From the NCBI RefSeq assembly GCF_009914755.1, contig NC_060930.1: DNA of 64,000 bases; one strand, 5' to 3'. Shown here in pieces: positions 53,640 to 64,000 of the stretch. The stretch comes from the human T2T-CHM13v2.0 reference genome, Homo sapiens. The notes beneath the pieces are model-generated. The model saw only the letters and a list, made by a program, of their open reading frames with translations. It was not told the origin of the DNA and ran no database searches. How positions within the stretch are numbered: the first letter of the stretch is position 1; the number at the start of each line of letters is the position of its first letter. A program made the position numbers and the translations under genes.

Positions 53640-55157
53640 TTTTTTTTTTTTTTTTTTTTAGTATTTATTGATCATTCTTGGGTGTTTCTCAGAGAGGGGG
53701 ATGTGGCAGGGTCATAGGATAATAGTGGAGAGAAGGTCAGCAGATAAACAGGTGAACAAAGGTCTCTGGTTTTCCTAGGCAGAGGTCCCTGCGGCCTTCA
53801 GCAGTGTTTGTGTCCCTGGGTACTTGAGATTAGGGAGTGGTGATGACTCTTAACGAGCATGCTGTCTTCAAGCATCTGTTTAACAAAGCACATCTTGCAC
53901 CGCCCTTAATCCATTTAACCCTGAGTTGACACAGCACATGTTTCAGAGAGCACGGGGTTGGGGGTAAGGTTATAGATTAACGGCATCCCAAAGCAGAAGA
54001 ATTTTTCTTAGTACAGAACAAAATGGAGTCTCCTATGTCAACTTCTTTCTACACAGACACAGTAACAATCTGATCTGTCTTTCTTTTCCCCATATTTCCC
54101 CCTTTTCTTTTCGACAAAACTGCCATCGTCATCATGGCCCGTTCTCGATGGTCGCTGTCTCTTCGGAGCTGTTGGGTACACTTCCCAGACGGGGCAGCCT
54201 GGCAGAGGCACACCTCACTTCCCAGATGGGGCAGCGGGACAGAGGCGCTCCTCACTTCCCAGATGGGGCAGCGGGACAGAGGCACTCCTCACCTCCCAGA
54301 TGGGGCAGCCAGGCCGAGGCACTCCTCACCTCCCAGATGGGGTGGCGGCCGGGCAGAGGCGCACCTCACATCCCAGATGATGGGCAGCCAGGCGTAGGCG
54401 CTCCTCACCTCCCAAGACGGGGTGGCGGCCGGGCAGAGGCGCACCTCACATCCCAGACAATGGGCGGCCGGGCAGAGGCGCTCCTCACCTCCCAGATGGG
54501 GTGGCGGCCAGGCAGAGGCGCTCCTCACTTCCCAGACAGGGCGGCCAGGTGGAAGCGCTCCTCTCATCCCAGACTGGGCGGCTGGGCAGAGGCGCTCCTC
54601 ACATCCCAGACGATGGGCGGCCAGGCAGAGATGCTCCTCACTTCCCAGACAGGGTGGCAGCCAGGCAGAGACACTCCCCACTTCCCAGACGGGGTGGTGG
54701 CCGGGCAGTAATCTTAGCACTTTGGGAGGCCAAGGCAGGCGGCTGGAAGGTGGATGTTGTGGCGAGCCGAGATCACGCCACTGCACTCCAGCCTGGGCAA
54801 CAGTGAGCATTGGGTGGGCGAGACTCCGTCTGCAATCCCAGCACCCTGGGAGGCTGAGGCGGGCAGACCACTCGAGGTCAGGAGCCGGAGACCAGCCTGG
54901 TCAACAGGGCGAAACCCCGTCTCCTCCAAAAATACAAAAACCAGTCAGGCGTGGTGGCACGCGCCTGTAATCCCAGGCACTCGGCAGGCTGAGGCAGGAG
55001 AACCACGGGAGCCCGGGGCAGGGAGGCTGCAGCCAGCCAAGACCACGGCAGTACAGTCCAGCCTCAGCAACTGAGGGAGACCAAAGAAAGAAAGATAAGG
55101 GAGAGGGAGAGGGGGAGGGGGAGGGGGGAGGGGGAGGGGGAGGGGGAGAGGGAGAGG
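53640..55157 (-). mobile_element. Full-length SVA (SVA_A-like)
   Basis: Poly-T 53640-53659; SINE-R to ~54170; VNTR ~54175-54707; Alu-like ~54708-55075; hexamer repeat ~55098-55157; TSD TGCAGTTATC(TTTTT) at 53630 and 55158; SVA_A-type GATGTGGCAGG, GGATAATAGTGGAGAG. Confidence 0.97.
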
Positions 55158-55451
55158 TGCAGTTATCTTTTTACAACTGTTTAAATTTTGTTTGCAGTCT
55201 CTAGGCTTGTTTCTCTTACTTCACAAAGTAGGGATGGGATCTCTGAGTTTTATAGAAGTCTGCAGATAAGTTAAAAATAAAGTTAGATGCAACCTTTGAG
55301 TCATTTCTCCAGGAAAACTGATTATTCTTTCATTTTGTTGCAAGAAAGGATATTCAAGCTATTTGCTAAGACCAAGTCTATTTTTTCAGCAAAAATATAT
55401 ATTTTTGCTAAAACATGGCCAAGAGGAGGCTTCAAACATATAAAATCAATA

Positions 55452-55585
55452 TGGCAGAACAAAGCTGGTTTCAAACATACATACATACATACATACAACT
55501 TATTCTGTGACCTTGAGCTAGTTACTTCATCTCAGTGTCTATGTGATTCTTCATCTAGAAAACAAGGATAATAATAATACTTATC
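55452..55585 (+). mobile_element. MIR (copy 1 of near-identical core)
   Basis: CTGGTTTCAAA...TGTGACCTTGAGCTAGTTACTT...TCTTCATCTAGAAAACAAGGATAATAAT. Confidence 0.75.
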
Positions 55586-55646
55586 TATCTATATAGATAT
55601 ATGTATGTATATATATGTGTGTATATATATATACACATACGTGTGA

Positions 55647-55677
<31 letters not shown>

Positions 55678-55678
55678 T
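55586..55678. repeat. (TA)/(TG) compound microsatellite
   Basis: Read directly from sequence. Confidence 0.9.
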
Positions 55679-56057
55679 TTGAAGCCAGCTTGGTTCGGCC
55701 ATATTTATTTTCAGACGTAAGTATCACCTAATAGTTAGCCATGTTGATTTTCATTATTATAGGTTTCTAATTGAGGAGCTATTATGGTCTACGTATAAAG
55801 GGATAAATATGCACAATATGGGTTAACACAACTGAACTGCAAAATTACAAATTTACTACCATTTTGTATTTTTATGCATTCATTAGGGAATTAATGTAAT
55901 ATAGGTGACTAAATATTAGAGTTAGAAACAGTAAAATAGAGTTTTCTTCACGTAAGTACAAATTAAGTCAAATCTCACCTGCCTTACAAGTTCAAGGGCA
56001 AGAACTTTTACCTCCTGCCTCTGAAATTTTCTGAAAATATTCTTGCAGATTGTTCAA

Positions 56058-56615
56058 CATTTATTCAGCAAATATATACTGAGATTCTATGTCCCTGGCA
56101 CCATTGTGGATTCTGGGACTACAACAGTGAACTAAACAAGCAAGCATCTTCACTCTCCTATAAATTATATTCCAGTGGATGGAGATAGATAATAAAAGCT
56201 GCATCTGCCATATAATAAATGCTATATAGAAAGATAAAGCAGGAGAGAAACGTATCAATAATGGGGTGATAAGAATAAGGCAATTTTATATACAGCACCT
56301 AGGGGAAAAATTACTGAGAAAGTGACATTTGAGAGTAGACTTCATGGGAGTAGGGGAGCGAATCATATATGGAGAAGAGAGTTATTCAAATACTTACTGC
56401 AAAGGCCAAGTTAGAACATATCTGGCCTTCTACAGGAGGAGTAGGGTGGTCAATGTGACCACAGAAGAGTGATAGAAATTTAAGAGATGAGGACAGTAAG
56501 ATGAAAAACATACAGAGCATTATGGACCTTTATAAGGACTTAATTACTTGGAGTAAAGAACCAGTGGAAAGTTTTGGAAAGGGGACTTACATAATTTGGC
56601 TTCTTTACAAATATC
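56058..56615 (-). mobile_element. L2 3' region
   Basis: ATTTATTCAGCAAATATATACTGAG...CAGTGAAC...GAGAAAGTGACATTTGAG...AAGGACTT. Confidence 0.8.
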
Positions 56616-56619
56616 TCTT

Positions 56620-57850
56620 CCTTACATTTTCACTTAATTAATACCTTACCTGAAAATACACTTGTAGGATGAAATTATCCTTCCTATAAACATTAGAGGC
56701 ATCATTGACCCCAACCATGCAACATTGCATGACTCTGAATTTTTTTTTTGTAGGTGACATTTTTAACTCTCTGTAATTTTTGACATATCTTTATCTTTAT
56801 ATTTTACAAAGATTTGTTGTCCAAATGAATGTCTTTTTTCCAAAACACCTGTTCATGTAGCTGAAGATTCTGATCTTTTTGTGTCCCATTGAAAATGCCA
56901 TTATTTGTTTATTTCTCTTTTTATTTATTCTTTATTATCTCATAATTGTTAACACTTCTGTTACATGAATTGATGGGATTTCTCTATTTCCCATGCCTCT
57001 TAATTTTTAATTTTATAATTTCTACATATTTATCTTTTTCTGCACTACAGACTATCTGAGTTAGAATTCTGTAGCGGCCAACTTAATTTGCTCTGTGACC
57101 TTGAGCTAGTTACTTCATCTCAGTGTGTATGTGATTCTTCGTCTAGAAAACAAGGATAACATTAATACCTACATTAGAAGAGTGTTGTCGGGTTTACATA
57201 CTTTATAGAGACTGACAAATTAATGTAGGCTATCTTTCAGGTCACTAATTCAGTATTCAGTCTTCTTCAGTCTATTATTGAGCAGATCTTTTGAATTTCT
57301 AAAAAGTTAAGACAATTATAATTTCAATTTCCAAGGATATTTTCTACTTTTTGATTTATTCTTTCTATATAGCATGCTATTCCTTTTTTCCATATATGCA
57401 ATATGCTATCAAATATCATGAGGAAAACAATTAGAAAAATGTGAAGTTCTTTTCTTCACCAAATTAATTTTTTTTCTGTTTCCTCCAGAGTCTGCCATTC
57501 TATTTCTATTTCCTGGTATTTTCAGTTTTGCCATTTTTTTTTTCTTTAAATGCCTTAAGATGCTCAGTTGTCATTCCATATTTATGGATGAAGAATGTAG
57601 CTTCTTAACATATAGATGGCTGGCTCTGGGGGAATCTTATGTATGGTGGAAGTCTTTTTCTCCTGATATCATCCTTTTGGGTGGGAAGAATCACTGCAGG
57701 GTCTACATCACCAGGCAGAGATGTTGACAAGCAGGCTTCCTCTTAGGGTCCACGGGCAAGGGACAGGCAGGCAGACCAGCCAATTGCCAACCTAACATCC
57801 CTTTTGGACAGTGTTACCTTTCCCTGTTTGTGTAATCCTTTTATATCATT
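56620..57850 (-). mobile_element. Ancient L1M fragments (interrupted by a MIR)
   Basis: T-rich antisense L1M ORF1/5' motifs, highly degenerate. Confidence 0.45.
57048..57198 (+). mobile_element. MIR (copy 2 of near-identical core)
   Basis: CAGACTATCTGAGTTAGAATTC...TGTGACCTTGAGCTAGTTACTT...TAATACCTAC...GTTGTCGGGTTTA. Confidence 0.8.
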
Positions 57851-57989
57851 TGCAGAAGTCCAGAGTTCCCTTAGCCTCTATTCCTCTTCTTACTTCAGCT
57901 CCTAAGCACATACAAGGAGCCCTCCCCAGACAGATCAGCGCTTCTCTGGGAGATTTCTCGGGCTTTAACTCAATTGCTTTGTGTACAAC

Positions 57990-58348
57990 TGCTATAGTCG
58001 GAATGTTTTTGTCCCTCACATTCATATGTTGAAATCTCACCCCTCAAGCTGAGAGTATGAGGAGGTGGGGACTTTGGGAGGGTTAAGACCTCACGATTGT
58101 GATTAGTGCCTTTATAAAAGAGACACCACAGAGATCCCTTGCCCCTTCTGCCATGTGAAGACAGGGCTGGAAGGGACTGTCTATGAACAGCCCTTCCACG
58201 TGGAAGCAGGCCTCCACAAGACGCTGAATCTGCTGTCACCTTGATCTTGAACTTCCCAGGCTTCAGAACTCTGAGAAATAAATTTATGTTGTTTATAAGC
58301 CACTCACACTATAGTATTTTATTATAGTGGCCCAAACAGGCAAAGCCA
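57990..58348 (+). mobile_element. MLT1A-like solo LTR
   Basis: TGCTATAGTCGGAATG...ATTCATATGTTGAAATC...CACCTTGATCTTGAACTTCCCAG...GAGAAATAAATTTATGTTGTTTATAAGCCAC. Confidence 0.88.
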
Positions 58349-58812
58349 ATGTCTAAAGTAAAGGGGAGATCTGACTAACCCAATCCACCCTTTATTTAAT
58401 TTATTTAATGAATTTGAAAGTTCTGTAATGCTTTTTTAAAAACAACATTGCTTACCTCCCACTTTGAAGGCAATTTGTTCTGTTCTGGTATCTCTTTCAG
58501 CCATTTCCATCCATATCCATGTTCTCGAGATTTGAACTTGGCCCTTGATTCCCATTCTTAAGAATATGTTGTATGCCATTTCAGTGAATTGAGGAAGCAG
58601 TAATGGGATGAAGAATCTTGTGTTTTGTCCAACATTTGGGTCAAAGTCAAATCCATGACTTTTAATTTGTACTTCCTGTGCTTTTCGCCCTAGATACTGT
58701 TTCTGAATATGCACTAAGTATATTTCTGAATATGGACTAGTTACAAATAAAACCTAACATAATAATTTGTAATATAGTATGGTACATAATATCAAGAAAT
58801 TCCCTTCCTTCT

Positions 58813-59430
58813 TGTATTAGATTTCCCCAGAGAAACAGAACCAATAGGAAATGATTGATAGATAGATAAATAGATACACACATACATACATACATACATA
58901 CATACATACATACATACATACACACATAGATAAAGACATATGAGAGGAGATTTGTTAGGGGAATTGGCTCACACAATAGTGGAGAGGTCTTGCAACAGGC
59001 CATCTACAAGCTAGAGAACCAGGAACGTTGGTAGAGTGGCTCAGTCCAAGCCCAACGGCCTCAGAACTGTGGAAGCCACTGCTGTCGTTCTCAGGCCAAA
59101 GGTCTATGAACCTGGCAGGCTGCTGTGCAAGTCCTGGAGTTAAAAAGTAGGAGGAACTCAAGTTCTGATATCTGAGGGCAAGAGAAGACGGGTGTCCCAT
59201 CTTTAGAAGAGAGAGAGAGAATTCACCTTTTCTGTTCTATCTGGGTGCTCAGCTTATTAGATGGTGCCTGCCAACATTGGAGGAGGGTGGATCTTCCTCA
59301 CTCAGTCTACTGATTTAAATGCCAATCTCTTCCAGAAATACCCTCACAGACATACCTAGAAATAACACTTTATCAGCTATCTGAGTATCCCTTAATCTAG
59401 TAAAGTTGACACCTAAAATTAACCATCACA
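58813..59430 (-). mobile_element. MLT2B-like ERVL LTR with internal (GATA)/(CATA)n
   Basis: TGTATTAG...CCAGAGAAACAGAACCAATAGG...GGAATTGGCTCAC...GGCTCAGTCCAAG...GTTGACACCTAAAATTAACCATCACA. Confidence 0.9.
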
Positions 59431-62400
59431 CTTACCTTCCTATAGAGTTTGACCTTTCCAACTCTAAGCCGAATGTGCTGGATTGCTCTAGAGGGAACTC
59501 TATGATGACAACAATAGAGTTAACTCATTAGCTCCTAAATTAAAGGACTCTTTTTCTCCTCAGTCCAGACCCTCTTCTTCCCTAGTAGAATATGAGACAG
59601 AATTGCTTTGCTGGAATTTGTCCCCAGATATACCTAAGGGTATAGGAAATTGAGATTGGGTTGGAAGCTGGAGAGAGAAGAGAACTTTTGAGAATAGTGT
59701 GTGGGAAGCAAAAGTGAGATGTTAGACTTCCCTGTTCCCACCATGGGGATATGTGTTCAACATGTCTCCCTATCACACTTCAGAATTTCAGCTAACAATG
59801 AAGATTAGCATCCAGTTTCCTGACTAAAATTTTCCTGGTTGCAGGACCCCTTGATCCATTCTCAATTCTAAAAATTGTAGCCCTGAAGTGGCATTAAAAC
59901 ATTCATCACAAGCCCACCAAAACACTTTGTATTTATTATTTCTCTTATTTAGACTTCCAAACCAAATTATGTCTTCGTATATTTTAGGCAATCAATAAAT
60001 ATTAATTTATTCAATACTAGAGGGAAAAGGATGTCACAGAACTGTGGAATCATTTCCTGCTTATTGTCCTTTCTTTAATCACCAAGTGAGGGTGCGGTGG
60101 TCTGGCTATTTCTCTAAGTTTGAAATGACAAATTTAGCTTCAATTCCGATTTCTATTCAGTAACTGAGTGACTTGGGACATATCATTTGACTTTTCGGTG
60201 TCTTGCTTTTCTCTAAAAATGAGGATAAAATATAAATTACTCAAAGTATACTCAGTTTGATGTACAAAACATAGCTGGATCTTGGTGAGTATTCAAATAA
60301 AAAATTATCTTTCCCTCCTTGCCTTTTTTGCACCACAAAAATCCAGGTTTATTCCAAAATATACTAACCTCTTATTTAGGTGTGATTCGTCTTTTAAAAA
60401 ATTCTGGATATTGAGAACAACTTGGGTGCAAGATAGCATTACACAACTGTAAATGTTAAAACTATACTACATGAATGTTCCCGTGACCTGGGAATTTGTA
60501 TGAGGTGGGACCAACAGAGCAAAGCTACAGCCAAGATAATAGTTTTTTTTTTGTTTTTTTTTTCTGGCATGGCATTTGGACATAGATGTCTTTAAAGGTC
60601 TCCTTCGTACATACCCCACAAAGAGACACTAAAGCCATCTCTCTCGAGAGAAAAGAAATGAAATGTTAAGAGTCAGTATGATATGTTCACATATGGACAG
60701 ATTCTTCATTTTGTAAAAAAATATATAGTTACTCTCTTTGCAGTGAGAAATTGTAGATGGGCTGTACCCAATCTGCGAAAGGTGCCGGCTGACTGTGAAC
60801 TGTCTATACCTATTATCAGTATTTAGGACACCTCATCTTCTTATGTTCACTGTCACCTGTCTACTCATAAGAGAGTATCTAAGATCTATCCCTTTATTTG
60901 AAAGTCAAGTGTATTTCTGTGTCTTTGCCACATCAATTTTACTTAAAGACTTAATTCCCCAAAGCCAGAATGACAAAATCCACAGTTTAGAGTCATTTCT
61001 TAAAATGTAAAGCCTCAGTTTAATTGAAGAAAGCTGTTAGGGGATCTTGTGGTCTGTGACTTGAAGACAATTATTTTTCTGTAACAGTAATATCAATAAC
61101 TTAAAATGTTGCTTCTCTGCCTGTAATACATAGTAACTGTAATCATAGACTTTCTACTGAGGTCTTTTTCTGCCATCTGATAAATCATACAGTAGATATA
61201 AACTCACCCCACTCCAAAAGAAAAGAAAACAACTCCAAGAATCATCGATCCAGGCTCAAAGCCAAGCAATCTATTTTTAGTACTTTCTCAACGAGCCACA
61301 CAATAAAAATGTAAATGAAATGGTACTATTTTCTCTTCAGACTCTTTTTCAAAATGTAGGTTTAGCTTTGTTAAACTGACTATTTTCAGACCATCTTCAA
61401 GGAACTTGGTTATTCCAGTCTAGGGACTTTCATATCCCAATTTCACATTAACTATAATTCCCATGTTCCTTATAACTTTAAAATAATTTGCCTGAATGAA
61501 AACCTAAGGATCAACTTAGATATATTGAATGTCTTCTCACTTCAAGTTGCAGAATTAGCACTGAGACAATTGGGTCTCATCTAAGTCTTCAGGCAACCGA
61601 TAGACCAGTTCGTTTCAAGTTATAAGTCCTTTCCCCATGTGGTACGCATTTTAGTAAGCCTTTCTTAGGGTAAGTGATTTACTTTTCTGAAATATCACTA
61701 GAATGTAAATTGCTTTTGATACTTACGAACAGTAGCCATGTTTTAACCCTCTACACTCACCTTCACAGCTTAATGAGGTGGGCATTACTATTATCTTCTT
61801 TAGACACATATGTTCATTTGAAATGCAGAAGCCAAGTAACTTGGCCAAACCACACAATTAGTGTGTAAGGTAGCAAAAACTTCAGCTACTCACTAGTAGA
61901 GAGAAGGAATTCTGGGTATGTGCATGGAATTAAATTAATGCCTATGGAATGCACTGGAGCTTTTTAAAATTGCAGATGATGCACATGAAATAAAAACAGA
62001 AAAGTGAAAGACAGAATAAGGAAGTTAGAGAAGAGCATCAAAGAAAGAATAGGAATTAAGATGAAGAACAAAATAAGGTCAAGTGAAGAAATTAGTGACA
62101 AATAAGGAGAAAAGAGTTTAAAAGAGCTTAAAAAAACATAAGAACATTGGAAGAAGAGGGTGTTACATAGAAAAGTCATAAGAAAACATTGACTTTCTTA
62201 AGTCAATGGACTGGGAAGAATATCACAAATTGAAAATATAAAATTAAAACGTTTCATTCTTAAAATCGCTACACATATGCTATTACATTATTGCTTCCCA
62301 GGTTACACACACTGTAATCTCATCATCCCAGCCTTGGGATGCTGTTCTATGTGAATCAACATCAGACACTAGTTCAGGTCAGGTGTAAATGATGTAATTT

Positions 62401-62638
62401 CACTGAACTACAGCTGTTGATGAACTAATCATTGAGTCTTTACATTGCACAAAATAGAAAAAGAATTGTGTTGTATGAATTCTTTTTAGTGCAGAAATGT
62501 AGTATCAGTCCTCTCCTGGAATATCTTTCCTAGACTCTGTTTCATTACCTTTTCCCTTTCCAGTAAATAACCTACACTAATTGTTTATAACCAACTTTTA
62601 TAGAATCTAGTTGGCTACCGAAATACTGGAAAATCCCT

Positions 62639-62997
62639 TGTCCTAGTCCATTCAGGTTGCTATAACAAAATATTATAAACTGGGTAACTTGGAAAAAACA
62701 GAAATGTATTCCTCACGGTTCTGGAGGCTGAGAAGTCCAAGATCAAAGAGCCAACAGATTCAGTGTCTAGTGAGGGCTACTTTCCTGATGGTGTCTTCTT
62801 GCTCTGTCCTCACATGGTGGAAAGGAAGAATGAGCTCATTTGGGCCTCTTTTGAAAGGGCACTGATCCCAATTACAACATCTCCATCCTCAAGACCTAGT
62901 CACCTTTCAAAGGTTCCACCTCCTAAAAATTATCACGGTGGCCATTAGGATTTTAACATATGAATTTTGGGATTATATAAGTATTCAGACTATAGCA
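62639..62997 (-). mobile_element. MLT1A-like solo LTR
   Basis: TGTCCTAGTCCATTCAGG...GTTCTGGAGGCTGAGAAGTCCAAGATCAA...AACATATGAATTTTGGG...ATTCAGACTATAGCA. Confidence 0.88.
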
Positions 62998-63140
62998 GCT
63001 GTATTTCATTCTTTTAATGCATTGTCTTGGCTATCTTAGTATGCCCAGTTCTGAACACATTTTCACCCAAATCATATTTGTGAGCCCCCATGCAATTATC
63101 CCTCACTGACACTAGTATTCTTCCAAGAAAGAGGAGGATG

Positions 63141-63217
63141 CTATTTTGAATTGACTAAAGTAGATTTGGAAGCCCCTCAACTGGGCTTCCAAATCTACTT
63201 TAGTCAATTCAAAATAG
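63141..63217. repeat. Perfect inverted repeat, 35-bp arms, 7-nt loop
   Basis: CTATTTTGAATTGACTAAAGTAGATTTGGAAGCCC-CTCAACT-GGGCTTCCAAATCTACTTTAGTCAATTCAAAATAG. Confidence 0.97.
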
Positions 63218-64000
63218 AAATTCAGCCCCCCGACTGGGCTCCTTTTTTTTCCTCTGTTTCTTTATTTTGGATTAAAGCTTTTTTATTGTCTTTTTTAACT
63301 ACACTGGTTTTAGTAGTTATGCATTGTGTTTCTTGGGGTTTTTTCTAAGTATTTAACCATTATTATTAAGTTGTAAACTTGATTTAACAAATTCCAATGT
63401 GGATCAGTATCTCAGCTTTTTTCTTGAATGACACAATGATTTCAGCTCTCTAATGCCTGTCATTATGCCCTCCTGGCATATGTAAATGATATTTGAAAGA
63501 TATATCCTTTAGTGGTTCTTCCACCTAGCAAATCCTACCAGAGGCCTCTCTGAACATGTTTTTATTTGATGTTCGCTATTCAAATGATGAAAGACATAGG
63601 GGTTTTTGCTAACTTTTCCTCAAATTTTAATTACTTTTTATAAGAAAATCTCCAAATGAAAGTTAAGAACCACTAAAACAGAATAATACCTTTAAAAGAA
63701 GACATGAACTTCAAATGTTGGAATATAGCCATTAATTATTTTAGTATTAAAATCTAGTATAAGTTAGCTTGAAATAAAAAAAGAATGTTCAACTCAATAC
63801 CCTTTCAGTATAAGATATTTAATTAGAAATCATGAAATTATTGCAGAAGTCAAAGCAAGTCATGAAAGCTAATATTGGAAATTGTCTTCAACTAAAACGG
63901 GATCAAGAAATGACACTGAAAATTCCCAGTATGTCTAACACCAAACAATATTGAAGAAAGTAACTTAGGTTTGAATACAAGTCCATGGTATGTAATTTCA

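Noticed and set aside
54049-55074. Overlapping ORFs up to 187 aa
   Set aside because: Translations of the SVA VNTR and Alu-like domains

Overview
AT-rich, CpG-depleted, repeat-dense primate genomic DNA. A full-length SVA_A-like element, an L1PA2-like 3' end and AluY elements point to a hominid (human/great ape) genome. I cannot support any protein-coding exon, RNA gene, CpG island or CRISPR array; the ORFs I could assign derive from Alu/L1/CR1/SVA/LTR or low-complexity sequence and the rest look like chance frames. The window reads as intronic or intergenic. Repeat subfamily names come from recalled consensus sequences and need RepeatMasker/Dfam confirmation. Most interesting signals: (1) an L1PA7-like insertion with both a twin-primed 5' inversion and a ~210-bp 3' transduction inside a perfect 15-bp TSD (46931-48516); (2) a perfect 35-bp-arm hairpin with a duplicated loop (63141-63250); (3) two MIR copies 1588 bp apart sharing a 66/68-identical core (probable gene conversion); (4) a ~31-copy, ~29-bp degenerate G-rich minisatellite grown inside an L2; (5) a tailless Alu 5' fragment with a 15-bp TSD; (6) an ~840-bp GGAA/GGGA tract with a hidden ~317-bp higher-order duplication; (7) an isolated internal L1 RT fragment. 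These are genome-dynamics events. I found no evidence for a new gene-encoded system.
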